DNA from: an uncultured Pelagibacteraceae bacterium
GTDB taxonomy: Bacteria > Pseudomonadota > Alphaproteobacteria > Pelagibacterales > AG-422-B15
Direction of reading: 5' to 3'
Length of the DNA stretch: 64,000 nt
NCBI GenBank assembly: GCA_902617525.1
Contig: CACMWW010000002.1
Location: forward strand, 59,425 to 123,424
Position 1 is the stretch's first letter. Each line of letters opens with the position of its first letter. Made by a program: the position numbers and the translations under genes. Positions 52,164 to 64,000 of the stretch are shown in pieces. The notes beneath the pieces were generated by a model. That model was given only the letters and a program-made list of their open reading frames with translations, was not told the origin of the DNA and searched no databases.

Positions 52164-53822
52164 TTAGATTCCTTTAAGTAGTTTGATTTTAACTTTGTCC
52201 TCAAATATATTTTCCTGATCTAAATCTATGGCTTTCTGCCAATAAAAACGTGCTTCAAGTTCATTTCCCAGCTTCCAGAGCACATCACCATAATGATCAT
52301 TTACAGTTGGATCGTATGGCATCATATCTAAAGAAAACTCCAACAAAGATAGAGCTTCATTATACTTACCAACTTTAAAATAATACCATGCAAGGCTATC
52401 AACTATGTACGGATCGTTTGGTTTCAATTCCATTGCTTGTTCTATCATAACTTTAGCCTCGGATATATTTTGATCCATATCGATATAAGAATATCCTAAA
52501 TAATTGAGAACATCTGCTTGATCTTCAGATAGTTTCAATGATCTTTTTAAATTCTTTTCAGCTAACTTCCAATTTTTAGAACGTTCATGAACAATTCCAA
52601 TATTAAAGTAAACTTCCCAAATGTTTTCTTTATCAAATTTTTTACCAAGCTTTAATGCATGATCATAGTTATCAATTGCATCAGACCAATTCTTCTCATA
52701 GCGGTGATAATTTCCTAGTGAAAGGTAAGCTTCAAAGCTATCATCAACCTCCACAAAGGTATTTAAATTTTGAATTGCTTTTTCATTGTTGCCCTCGTAG
52801 CTATATGCATCTGAAATTTGAATTGCGGCAAAATTACCGAGATAATGCTTCTTTGGAATATAACTCAGCACCTCTCTTGCTTTATCATGATTTTCCAACT
52901 GATTAAGAAAAGAGGCAAATATATACTTGATCTCATGTAAATTAGGAGAGGTGTCAATTGCTAGTTGATATAACATATGTGCGAGTTCTTCATTTAAATC
53001 CTCAATCAAAAGCTGTGAATTAAATAAAACTACTCCTATTCCTTGAAGAGGGTTTTGAATAATCCTATTTTTATTTGAAGTTAAAAATTTATTTTGAAAT
53101 TCTTCATCATATGAAGACAAAAACTCATCTGCAAAAGCATCTTTCTTCTCAGTCAAATTATTTCGATGTAGAAAATTATAATATAGACGTAATACGTATA
53201 AATCTCTTTGTACTGATAAAGATTGGTCATAAAAAACCTCCGCTAATTCAATCTCATCAGCATAGTCATAAATTAGTGCTTTATGCACAAGTGTTAGGTG
53301 TTGATGTTCGCCTGTGGAAATTAAATCGATTAGCGCCATACTTTTATCTATTGTGATACTATCGGCCCATACCCAAGCTCTAAGCAGTCTTACAAACGTG
53401 CTATCAGATAAATTCCCTCTCCAAATACTTGCAAAACTTTGATCAGCAAAACCTGGCTTATAAGAGTTTAAGTAAGAAATCCCATTAACAAGATGACCTT
53501 GTGGTGATTGATTATTCATACAACATGAATTCACATTTTTATCACAGCCTGCTTTTGCAAGTTTGAAAGAGTAGTTATTTGCACTAAGCAAATCTCCATC
53601 CAAGATACTAAGCAACAACAGTCTATCTAAAGCAAGTAAATCGTTTGGATTCGATCTGTGCAGCCTTTGATAATATCTCTTAGTTGTGCTGTAGTCATTT
53701 GAGTCACTAGAAATTTTTGCAACCAAGTAATCGCCCACCTGAGGCGGAATAAATTGTGCTGCATGAAGATTAATGCTTGAGATGTTAAATATTAGTAAAA
53801 ATATAATTGTTCTTATAAGCAT
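52164..53822 (-). CDS. Exported tetratricopeptide repeat protein
   Basis: Signal peptide; VLNYLGYS, IVDSLAW, NDHYGDVLW; conserved neighbour of ispE. Confidence 0.88.
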   Translation of the reverse strand: MLIRTIIFLLIFNISSINLHAAQFIPPQVGDYLVAKISSDSNDYSTTKRYYQRLHRSNPNDLLALDRLLLLSILDGDLLSANNYSFKLAKAGCDKNVNSCCMNNQSPQGHLVNGISYLNSYKPGFADQSFASIWRGNLSDSTFVRLLRAWVWADSITIDKSMALIDLISTGEHQHLTLVHKALIYDYADEIELAEVFYDQSLSVQRDLYVLRLYYNFLHRNNLTEKKDAFADEFLSSYDEEFQNKFLTSNKNRIIQNPLQGIGVVLFNSQLLIEDLNEELAHMLYQLAIDTSPNLHEIKYIFASFLNQLENHDKAREVLSYIPKKHYLGNFAAIQISDAYSYEGNNEKAIQNLNTFVEVDDSFEAYLSLGNYHRYEKNWSDAIDNYDHALKLGKKFDKENIWEVYFNIGIVHERSKNWKLAEKNLKRSLKLSEDQADVLNYLGYSYIDMDQNISEAKVMIEQAMELKPNDPYIVDSLAWYYFKVGKYNEALSLLEFSLDMMPYDPTVNDHYGDVLWKLGNELEARFYWQKAIDLDQENIFEDKVKIKLLKGI

Positions 53823-53833
53823 AGACTTATGCT

Positions 53834-55480
53834 TTACATATTCGCATATTTTGGGCCACCGCCACCCTCAGGTGTTACCCAATTTATGTTTTGAGACGGT
53901 TCTTTAATATCGCATGTTTTGCAGTGTATGCAATTCTGACTATTAATTACAAATTTTGGATCTGAACCATCATCATTTCTATGAACTTCATAAACACCTA
54001 CTGGACAGTACCTTTGAGAAGGCTCATCAAACTTTTCCAACGTGTAACTAATTGGTAATTCTTTATCCTTCAATTGAAGGTGAACAGGTTGATTTTCAGT
54101 ATGATAAGTTCCAGTAAGAAATACCGAACTAGCCCTATCAAAAGTTAAAACGCCATCTGGTTTTGGATAATTTATTTTTTTTGCTTCTTTTGCATCTTCT
54201 AACGTTTCATGATCAGCATGTTTATGCGATAGAGTAAAAGGAAGCTTTCCCATAAATAACCACTGATCGATTCCTGTAAGTAAAATACCAAGGATATTTC
54301 CAAACCTTGTAAAGAAAGGTTTAACATTCCTAGCAGATTTTAATTCGCTATAAACCCAACTCTTTTTGAATAAAGCCTCGTAACAAGATAGATCATTGGA
54401 CTTACCTGAAAGGAATTCATTAATAGCTTCAGCAGCAATCATTCCACTTTTCATGGCAGTATGAGTTCCTTTTATTTTTGGCATATTTAACGTACCGGCA
54501 TCACAGCCAATTAATAATGCGCCAGGCATGTGCATCTGAGGCAGACTTTGTATGCCACCCTCAATCAATGCTCTGGCACCATAGGAAACTCTTTTTCCGC
54601 CACTTAACATTTTTTTTATTGCAGGATGTGTTTTAAACCTTTGAAACTCTTCAAAAGGTGACAAATACGGGTTCTTATAATCAAGTCCAACTACATATCC
54701 CAAAAATATTTGATTATTTTCTGCATGGTAAACAAAACTCCCTCCATAGGTTTTATTGTCTAAGGGCCAACCGGTTGAATGAAAGACTAAGCCTTCATCA
54801 TGATTTTCTTCAGGTACCTCCCATATTTCTTTCAAACCAATTCCGTACTGTTGTGGGTCTGAATTTTTTGCGAGTTCAAACTTCTCTATTAATTGCTTAC
54901 CTAAATGGCCTCTACACCCTTCAGCAAATACTGTTGTTTTTGCGTGTAGCTCAATACCAGGCTCATAGGAATCTTTTTTTTCATTATTTACGTCCAGTCC
55001 CATGTCATTTGTGGCCACGCCTCTTACTTTTCCATCTTCATCGTACAAAATTTCAGAAGCTGCAAAACCAGGATATATTTCAACTCCTAAGTTTTCAGCG
55101 ATTTGTCCAAGCCATCTACACATGTTCGCAAGGCTAGCAATGTAGTTTCCTTTGTTATGTTGAACAGGTGGTAATAAAAACGAGGGAACAGTAAAGTGAG
55201 ACTTTTCAAAAAGAAATAAAAACTTTTCTTTTGTAACTTTTGTTTTCAGAGGACAGCCGTCTAGAGTTTTCCAATCTGGAAGTAGCTCATCAAGAGCTCT
55301 TGTTTCAAATACATTTCCACTTAATATATGAGCGCCAACCTCAGATGCTTTCTCTACAATGCAGACATTAATTTCTGGGTTTATTTGCTTGAGTTTTATC
55401 GCGGTTGAAAGGCCCGAGGGACCTGCACCCACGATTACAACATCGTACTCCATTGATTCTCTTTGCTGAATAGTATCCAT
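53834..55480 (-). CDS. Electron transfer flavoprotein-ubiquinone oxidoreductase
   Basis: GAGPSG, HILSG, YCP.GVYE, NCIHCKTCDIK. Confidence 0.97.
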   Translation of the reverse strand: MDTIQQRESMEYDVVIVGAGPSGLSTAIKLKQINPEINVCIVEKASEVGAHILSGNVFETRALDELLPDWKTLDGCPLKTKVTKEKFLFLFEKSHFTVPSFLLPPVQHNKGNYIASLANMCRWLGQIAENLGVEIYPGFAASEILYDEDGKVRGVATNDMGLDVNNEKKDSYEPGIELHAKTTVFAEGCRGHLGKQLIEKFELAKNSDPQQYGIGLKEIWEVPEENHDEGLVFHSTGWPLDNKTYGGSFVYHAENNQIFLGYVVGLDYKNPYLSPFEEFQRFKTHPAIKKMLSGGKRVSYGARALIEGGIQSLPQMHMPGALLIGCDAGTLNMPKIKGTHTAMKSGMIAAEAINEFLSGKSNDLSCYEALFKKSWVYSELKSARNVKPFFTRFGNILGILLTGIDQWLFMGKLPFTLSHKHADHETLEDAKEAKKINYPKPDGVLTFDRASSVFLTGTYHTENQPVHLQLKDKELPISYTLEKFDEPSQRYCPVGVYEVHRNDDGSDPKFVINSQNCIHCKTCDIKEPSQNINWVTPEGGGGPKYANM

Positions 55481-55520
55481 TATTAACTATATATTTAGTT
55501 TATAGGTATTATAATTCAAT

Positions 55521-56276
55521 TTGTTTATGACCAACGCAAAAGTTCAAAACACACTGAAGCAGCTCAACCAATTAAAGATGAGTGGGGTGAATGAAAACAT
55601 TGGAAATAAGCCAAAAAATCGCTACGGAAATAAAAAATCATCGAAATCAAAAACTAGTGACAGCTCTATATCTGTTAATAACTCATCGATTGAGGATCAA
55701 AAAACTATCAACTCACTAGAATCATTAGATTCATTAAAAGACTTCATGGCAAATTATGAGAAATGTAAGCTTCACGAAAGTGCAACAAATATGGTGTTTT
55801 CTGATGGAAACCCAAAATCAGAAATTATGCTTATTGGTGAAGCTCCTGGCCATGATGAGGATATTCAAGGAAAACCCTTTGTTGGTAGAAGCGGCAAACT
55901 CTTAGATAAAATGCTTGAGGCGATAAACCTTAATCGAGAAAAGGTATATATTGCAAATATTGTACCTTGGAGACCTCCTAATAACAGACGGCCCACTGAT
56001 GAAGAAATAGATATGTGTCTGCCAATGATTAAGAAACACATAGAGTTGATTAATCCTAAAGCAATATTGCTATTAGGATCAACAGCGACTTATGCACTTA
56101 TTAGAAATACTGAAGGTATAACAAAGATTAGGGGTAAATGGGTAGATATTGAAATTAATAAAAAACAATATCCCACCCTACCCACTTTCCACCCTGCTTT
56201 TTTATTAAGGCAACCTGGACAAAAAAAATATTCGTGGGAGGACTTAAAAAGTCTTAAGAAAAAAGTTGAATCATAA
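55521..56276 (+). CDS. Uracil-DNA glycosylase family 4
   Basis: GEAPG..ED..G.PFVG..G, RPP.NR.P, HPAFLLR. Confidence 0.93.
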   Translation: MFMTNAKVQNTLKQLNQLKMSGVNENIGNKPKNRYGNKKSSKSKTSDSSISVNNSSIEDQKTINSLESLDSLKDFMANYEKCKLHESATNMVFSDGNPKSEIMLIGEAPGHDEDIQGKPFVGRSGKLLDKMLEAINLNREKVYIANIVPWRPPNNRRPTDEEIDMCLPMIKKHIELINPKAILLLGSTATYALIRNTEGITKIRGKWVDIEINKKQYPTLPTFHPAFLLRQPGQKKYSWEDLKSLKKKVES

Positions 56277-56880
56277 TTTTAACGATCAAATCAATTTGTT
56301 GGATTTTGAAAAAAAATTTAATTGTCCAGTTGCTGGTGTTGATGAGGTAGGACGTGGTCCTTTAGCCGGACCAGTAGTGGCAGCAGCAGTAATTTTGGAT
56401 AAAAACAACCTTCCTTCAGGTATTAGAGATTCAAAAAAAATATCAAAAAATAAAAGAGAAATAATTGCAGAGAAAATTAGATTAAACAGTCATTATGCAT
56501 ATGGAGAGGCGTCAGTAGAAGAAATTGATAATTTAAATATTTTACAAGCTTCATTACTTGCAATGAAAAGAGCTATTGAGTCTCTAAAAATAGTACCATC
56601 AATGTCTCTTATTGATGGAATATATACGCCTAAAGTTGATTTAACATGCAAACCAATTGTTAAAGGTGACAGTAAATCAATTTCAATTGCTGCAGCTTCA
56701 ATTCTAGCCAAAGTTTACAGAGATAAGATTATGACTAAGCTTGCTGAAAGATATCCCGAATATTCATTTGAAAAAAATTCAGGATATGGAACAAAAGAGC
56801 ACCTTTCGGCTCTGAGATCTCATGGAATTACCCCTATCCATCGAAAAAGTTTCAAACCCGTCTACAATATATTGAATTAA
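56266..56880 (+). CDS. rnhB: Ribonuclease HII
   Basis: GVDEVGRGPLAGP, DSKK, LIDG, KGD, AASILAK. Confidence 0.97.
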   Translation: MNHNFNDQINLLDFEKKFNCPVAGVDEVGRGPLAGPVVAAAVILDKNNLPSGIRDSKKISKNKREIIAEKIRLNSHYAYGEASVEEIDNLNILQASLLAMKRAIESLKIVPSMSLIDGIYTPKVDLTCKPIVKGDSKSISIAAASILAKVYRDKIMTKLAERYPEYSFEKNSGYGTKEHLSALRSHGITPIHRKSFKPVYNILN

Positions 56881-56899
56881 GAAAATAAATTAAGTTATT

Positions 56900-59095
<2,196 letters not shown>

Positions 59096-59116
59096 TTTCG
59101 TGTTATTTTATTTTTT

Positions 59117-59584
59117 ATGTTTCAAAAGAAATTAAAAGGCCCTCAAATATTATCAAATCTTCTTCCAGAAGAAGCAAAGAAAATCCTTAAATCAAGAGGT
59201 TTTTCAGAGTTAGAACTCTTAGCAAATTGGGAGAGAATTGTAGGCAAAAAATTTGCAAAATTAACCATTCCATTACGGCTTAAAATAGGTAAGAGCAGTG
59301 AAAAAAATAATGGTAAATTAATTGTTAAAGTTGATAGAAGTGTGGCTTTTGCGTTTGAGCACGAGCGAGAGAAAATAATTAATAAAATTAATCTTTTTTT
59401 TGGCTATGAAGTGATCAACAAAGTTGAAATAATACAAGCATCAAATAAGGTTAAAAAAACAACTAAAATCAATAAATTAGAAAGTGATATTAAGAACCAA
59501 AGTAAGAATTATGATGAACTAAAAAAATATCCTGATCTTAGAAGAAACTTTGAAAAAATCGCTTCAAAAATTTTAAAGTCCTAA
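59117..59584 (+). CDS. DUF721 / DciA family protein
   Basis: W.RIVG, L.VKV, I..KIN.FFG..VI..V.I.Q; divergent from mutY. Confidence 0.8.
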   Translation: MFQKKLKGPQILSNLLPEEAKKILKSRGFSELELLANWERIVGKKFAKLTIPLRLKIGKSSEKNNGKLIVKVDRSVAFAFEHEREKIINKINLFFGYEVINKVEIIQASNKVKKTTKINKLESDIKNQSKNYDELKKYPDLRRNFEKIASKILKS

Positions 59585-59692
59585 TTCAAACAAAATTTTC
59601 TGCTACTCCAACAGAGTAATAAATCCTATTAAAATAAGGAAAAATTGAGTATATTCAACATGTTGTATATATATAAAAAAAACAAGCAAAAT

Positions 59693-60322
59693 ATGGGTTT
59701 TAAATCTAATTTTTTATTCAGTACTAGTTTTATTGTATTTCTATTTGCGTTGATGTTTCCAATTAATGGATTGTATGCCAGCAGTACATTAAAGGGTATG
59801 CAGTTAGGTGATAGCGACGCACCAGTGAAAATTATTGAATATAGATCGCTCACTTGCAGTCATTGCGCAGACTTTAGTAATGACACCTTTGCAGAAATTA
59901 AAGAAAATTATATCGATAAAGGTAAAGTGAATTTTGAATTGAGACCTTTCGCTCTCAATGCGATTGATCTTAACGCTTTTAAATTACTTCATTGTGTTGA
60001 TGAAAATGATTTTTTTGCAATGGACAAAATCTTGTTTAAAGATCAAAAAAAATGGATTGTAACTAATCAGAGCGATAAAGTACTAGAAAACAGCACTAAT
60101 GCACTTAAGAATTACGGGGCCCTATTCGGCGTATCTGAGGAGGCGTTTAATAGCTGTATGGAAAATGAGAATATTACTGATTTTATACTGGAGCAGCGCA
60201 TAGAGGGTGTTGAGGAGTATGATATATCTTCAACTCCAACTTTCATAATCAATGGTGAAATTTATGCAGGTAATATGTCGATTAATGAATTTAATGAAAT
60301 AATTGAAAAAGAAATTAATTAA
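59693..60322 (+). CDS. DsbA family thioredoxin-fold protein
   Basis: EY.SLTCSHCADF, STPTF cis-Pro; signal peptide from ATG 59693. Confidence 0.9.
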   Translation: MGFKSNFLFSTSFIVFLFALMFPINGLYASSTLKGMQLGDSDAPVKIIEYRSLTCSHCADFSNDTFAEIKENYIDKGKVNFELRPFALNAIDLNAFKLLHCVDENDFFAMDKILFKDQKKWIVTNQSDKVLENSTNALKNYGALFGVSEEAFNSCMENENITDFILEQRIEGVEEYDISSTPTFIINGEIYAGNMSINEFNEIIEKEIN

Positions 60323-62913
60323 TGAAATTTAAAAAAATAAAAATTTTAGGTTTTAAATCATTTGTTGATCCTACCGAATTAGACATCGATGAGGGATTAA
60401 CAGGCATAGTTGGTCCTAATGGATGTGGTAAATCAAATGTTGTTGAGTCCCTAAGATGGTGCATGGGAGAAACCTCTGCAAAAAGCATGAGGGGTTCAGG
60501 AATGGAAGATGTAATTTTTTCTGGTACATCAGATAGACCAGCAAGAAATAATGCTGAAGTAACAATCTATCTTGATAATGAGGAAAGAAACGCGCCGTCT
60601 GAATTTAATGATCAAACTGAAATTCAAGTTAAAAGAAAAATAGAAGTTGAAAAGGGATCAGATTATAAAATTAATGGTAAAGACGTTAGAGCCAGAGATG
60701 TACAAAGATTATTTGCAGATTTATCTACAGGAGCTCATTCTCCATCCTTGATCAGCCAAGGACGCGTAGGTTCATTAATAAATGCCAAACCTATAGATAG
60801 ACGCTCGGTACTAGAAGAAGCGGCAGGAATATCTGGTTTACATTCGCGAAGACATGAAGCAGAGCTAAAATTGAAAGGCGCAGAAACTAATCTTCAAAGG
60901 GTTAAGGATTTGATGAAACAATTAAATAATCAAATCAATAGTCTTAAAAAACAAGCTGAACAAGCTGAAACCTACCGCTCAGTATCGTCTGAAATTAACA
61001 AATTAGAGGGTATCGTTTTATTCCTAAAGTGGACATCTTTAAAAGAATCTTATGAAAAGTCAGATGAGAATTTAAGATCAAGTGAGTCTCAAATCCAAAA
61101 ATTTACGTTGCTGGTAACTCAGGCTACTAATGAACAATTAAGAGCCAATGAGAAAATTAAGCCTTTAAGAGATAAAGAGATTGAGTCTGCGGCAAAATTA
61201 AATCGTATTAATCTCGAGAGAGAGTCATTGGATCATGAGGAAGAACGAATAAAAGAAGAAAAAAGAAATCTTGAAAACGTGATTCAACAAATAATCAGTG
61301 ATAGTGAGAGGGAGCAGTTTCAACTGGAAGATGCTAAAAAAGACCTTGATTTACTTAATGCAAGAAAAGATCTCTCTAATAACGAAGAGTTTCGAGAAAT
61401 AAACAATGAAACAATTGATCAGCTTAAGTCAGAAAAGGATACTTTGGAAACAGAGATTTCAAATCTTGAGCAACAAATAGAACAATATAATCAGATTAAA
61501 AACTCTAAAAGAGATGATTGGCAAGACACTTTGATTAAAGCAGAAAATTTGAAATCAAGGCAATCAACTTTAAAAGACGTAGAAGGTTATGATGATCCTG
61601 AGAAATGGACAAATATATTTAAAGAAAAGTTTTACAATGATCTTGGTGAAATCAGTGAGAAAGTGAATCAAGCAAGTAATATTTCAGACGAAGCTAAGGC
61701 AAATTATGACAGAGCAAGTAATGAGGCAAAAAATGCAGCAACATTATCAATGGAATTAAGAGAAAAACTCAGACAAAAAGACGTTGAACAAAAACAAAGT
61801 GATTGGACATATGAATTTCAGAGATTGAATAAAACAATTAAGTCATCTCAAGAACAAATCGAAACATTGCAAAAAAGAAAAATAAAAACTGAGCAAGAGC
61901 TAGAGAAAATATCTAATCGCCCAGAAGAAATTGCCCAGAGGAGAGGTCAATTAATTGAAACAAAAGGCTTTGCAGAGACAGAAAGACAGTTTGCAGCTGA
62001 TCGTTTAGCTGAAGCTGATAATGAATTAAAAAAAATTGAGACTAATTTAAGAAAAGCCCAAAATGATCTCGCTAACATAAGAGAGTCTAAAGGAAGAACA
62101 GAAGCAACAAAAGAATTAGCTGAATCAAGATTAAAAGAATTAGAATACGAGTCAAAAGAGAAATTTAACTGTATTCCTAGTGAAATTGTAAATTCTCTCT
62201 CTATATCAGATGATCTTGAAACTATGAGAGCTAACCTCGAAAGAACTGAAATGAGACTTGATCGACTTAAGCAGCAGCGTGAAACAATGGGTGCTGTGAA
62301 TCTAAGGGCAGATTTGGAAACAAAAGAAATAGATGAAGAACTTGAAAAAATGACCACTGAAAAAGAAGATTTAGAAAACGCAATCAAAAAAATGAGGGAG
62401 TCTATAGAAGATTTAAATAAAGAAGGTAGAACAAGACTGCTTGGAGCGTTTAAAACTGTAAACACACATTTCAAAGAAGTTTTTGTAAAATTATTTAACG
62501 GTGGAAAGGCGCACCTTGAACTTATAGACTCTGATGATCCACTTGAAGCAGGGCTTGAAATGATGGTAAGTCCACCAGGTAAAAAACTTCAGTCAATGTC
62601 ATTGTTATCTGGTGGGGAACAGGCACTAACAGCATTATCTCTAATCTTCGCTGTATTTTTAACAAATCCTTCGCCAATTTGTGTACTTGATGAGGTTGAT
62701 GCGCCACTGGATGATGCAAACGTCGATAGATTTTGTGGTCTTTTAGATGACATTACAGAAAAAACGAATACCAAGTTCTTAATTATAACTCACCACGCGC
62801 TCACAATGTCGAGAATGGATAGATTGTTTGGAGTAACCATGGCTGAACGAGGCGTCAGTCAAATTGTCTCTGTAGATCTTAAAAAAGCTGAAGAGATTGG
62901 AGCTGTTGCCTAG
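60322..62913 (+). CDS. smc: Chromosome segregation protein SMC (short, hinge-less form)
   Basis: GFKSF, GPNGCGKSN, Q-loop, LSGGE, LDEVDAPLD, ITH; only 863 aa. Confidence 0.93.
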   Translation: MKFKKIKILGFKSFVDPTELDIDEGLTGIVGPNGCGKSNVVESLRWCMGETSAKSMRGSGMEDVIFSGTSDRPARNNAEVTIYLDNEERNAPSEFNDQTEIQVKRKIEVEKGSDYKINGKDVRARDVQRLFADLSTGAHSPSLISQGRVGSLINAKPIDRRSVLEEAAGISGLHSRRHEAELKLKGAETNLQRVKDLMKQLNNQINSLKKQAEQAETYRSVSSEINKLEGIVLFLKWTSLKESYEKSDENLRSSESQIQKFTLLVTQATNEQLRANEKIKPLRDKEIESAAKLNRINLERESLDHEEERIKEEKRNLENVIQQIISDSEREQFQLEDAKKDLDLLNARKDLSNNEEFREINNETIDQLKSEKDTLETEISNLEQQIEQYNQIKNSKRDDWQDTLIKAENLKSRQSTLKDVEGYDDPEKWTNIFKEKFYNDLGEISEKVNQASNISDEAKANYDRASNEAKNAATLSMELREKLRQKDVEQKQSDWTYEFQRLNKTIKSSQEQIETLQKRKIKTEQELEKISNRPEEIAQRRGQLIETKGFAETERQFAADRLAEADNELKKIETNLRKAQNDLANIRESKGRTEATKELAESRLKELEYESKEKFNCIPSEIVNSLSISDDLETMRANLERTEMRLDRLKQQRETMGAVNLRADLETKEIDEELEKMTTEKEDLENAIKKMRESIEDLNKEGRTRLLGAFKTVNTHFKEVFVKLFNGGKAHLELIDSDDPLEAGLEMMVSPPGKKLQSMSLLSGGEQALTALSLIFAVFLTNPSPICVLDEVDAPLDDANVDRFCGLLDDITEKTNTKFLIITHHALTMSRMDRLFGVTMAERGVSQIVSVDLKKAEEIGAVA

Positions 62914-62923
62914 TATATTGAAG

Positions 62924-63196
62924 ATGAGTAATGATGCTAATTCTCTTGAAAATAGAATAAAAAAAGCAAAAGAAGGCCAGTCTATTAAAGAAGCTAAAGC
63001 CCCCAAACCATTCGGTAAAATCATGAAAGTAGTGGTTGAAATTGTCGCAGCAATGGCTGTTGGACTAGGAATTGGTTTGCTGATTGACAATTATTTTAAT
63101 ACAAGACCCATCTTCACATTAATTTTCTTTCTCTTAGGTAGTGCAGCAGGAATTCTTAACGTTTTTAGGGTTGCAAAAAGTCTTCAAAATAACTAA
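62924..63196 (+). CDS. atpI: AtpZ/AtpI family protein
   Basis: VG.GIG..ID.YF.T.P, LG.AAG.LNV.R; precedes atpB; ATG 62924 preferred. Confidence 0.9.
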   Translation: MSNDANSLENRIKKAKEGQSIKEAKAPKPFGKIMKVVVEIVAAMAVGLGIGLLIDNYFNTRPIFTLIFFLLGSAAGILNVFRVAKSLQNN

Positions 63197-63207
63197 AAAA
63201 TATATCG

Positions 63208-63948
63208 ATGGCTGCTGATAATCCTATAGATCCTATACACCAATTTGAAATATCAAAAATTGCAGATATCCAGTTAGGTGGTATTGATATTTCATTTACA
63301 AACTCTTCTTTATTTATGGTATTCGCGCTAGCTGCAACAATGGCACTATTTGTTATTGGTCTTTCTAAAAAATCAATCATACCAAACAGAATGCAGATGT
63401 TATCAGAACTTTCTTATAACTTCATTGCGAACATGTTACGAGACCAGGTAGGTGATCAAGGAAGGGCTTATTTTCCGTTCATATTTTCATTATTTATGTT
63501 TATTTTCTTTTGCAATTTTATAGGCCTAATACCGTATACGTTTACTGTAACAAGTCACTTAATTGTAACTTTCGCTTTTGCTGGTCTTATATTTATTGCA
63601 GTCACAATAATAGGCTTTGTAAAAAATGGATTAGGATATTTAAGAATTTTTTATCCATCTGGTATTCCAATTTTTCTAGCGCCTCTCATTGTCCCAATTG
63701 AAATCATTTCATACTTATCAAAACCTATCAGTTTATCAGTCAGACTTTGTGCAAACATGCTAGCAGGACACAGCATATTAAAAATATTTGCCGGATTTAT
63801 CGTAATGCTAGGCTTTTTAGGATTTGCACCATTAGTTTTTTTGGTCGTGTTATATGCATTAGAAACTCTTATTGCAGCACTCCAGGCATATATTTTTACA
63901 ATTTTAACATGTATATATCTTAATGATGCCCTTCATCCGGATCATTAA
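63208..63948 (+). CDS. atpB: F0F1 ATP synthase subunit a
   Basis: SLSVRL.ANMLAGH, LQAYIFTIL. Confidence 0.98.
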   Translation: MAADNPIDPIHQFEISKIADIQLGGIDISFTNSSLFMVFALAATMALFVIGLSKKSIIPNRMQMLSELSYNFIANMLRDQVGDQGRAYFPFIFSLFMFIFFCNFIGLIPYTFTVTSHLIVTFAFAGLIFIAVTIIGFVKNGLGYLRIFYPSGIPIFLAPLIVPIEIISYLSKPISLSVRLCANMLAGHSILKIFAGFIVMLGFLGFAPLVFLVVLYALETLIAALQAYIFTILTCIYLNDALHPDH

Positions 63949-63974
63949 TATTTACAACAACGAAAGGAAAAAAA

Positions 63975-64000
63975 ATGGAAGTAGAAGCAGCTAAACTTAT
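63975..64000 (+). CDS. atpE: F0F1 ATP synthase subunit c (5' fragment, truncated by window end)
   Basis: AAGGA RBS then MEVEAAKL(I), directly after atpB. Confidence 0.85.

Noticed and set aside
56877-56893. TTAA...TTAA as a CtrA box before ccrM
   Set aside because: Spacer is 9 nt, not 7
61947-62474. 175-aa - strand ORF inside smc
   Set aside because: Ser/Phe/Leu-rich antisense mirror of Glu/Lys-rich coiled-coil codons; not a separate hinge gene

Overview
Core-chromosome segment of a very AT-rich (roughly 30% GC by eye), streamlined marine-type alphaproteobacterium. Gene order, tiny intergenic spacers and protein sequences look Pelagibacterales/HIMB59-like (inference, not a database result). 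About 65 genes and 2 tRNAs (Ile2-CAT, Gln-TTG) are present. Housekeeping blocks: yqeY-dnaG-rpoD, carAB, trxB, uvrB...uvrC-pgsA, a MarR/OmpR/EnvZ-like trio, lgt...prs-rplY-pth-ychF, petABC, hemF-greA, ispE-TPR-ETF-QO, udg-rnhB-ccrM-mutY-DUF721-dsbA-smc, and the start of the atp F0 operon. Two accessory-looking tracts sit at tRNA 3' ends. The first (1-9786) carries TauD, hydrolase, OYE, TPR, SRAP, BT1 transporter, a small membrane protein, GST, an unknown beta-propeller, a serine hydrolase and an ABM-like protein. The second (48964-51191) carries MaoC, EEP, CrcB and an AhpD-like protein. No integrase, transposase, prophage, CRISPR or rRNA was seen. Most notable: an 863-aa SMC with intact heads but no recognisable hinge or zinc hook; a DnaG zinc ribbon retaining only 1 of 4 ligands; a family-4 UDG lacking two Fe-S cysteines; a GANTC-packed, apparently leaderless ccrM promoter; a RegA-like box before petABC; and two small genes missed by the ORF track.
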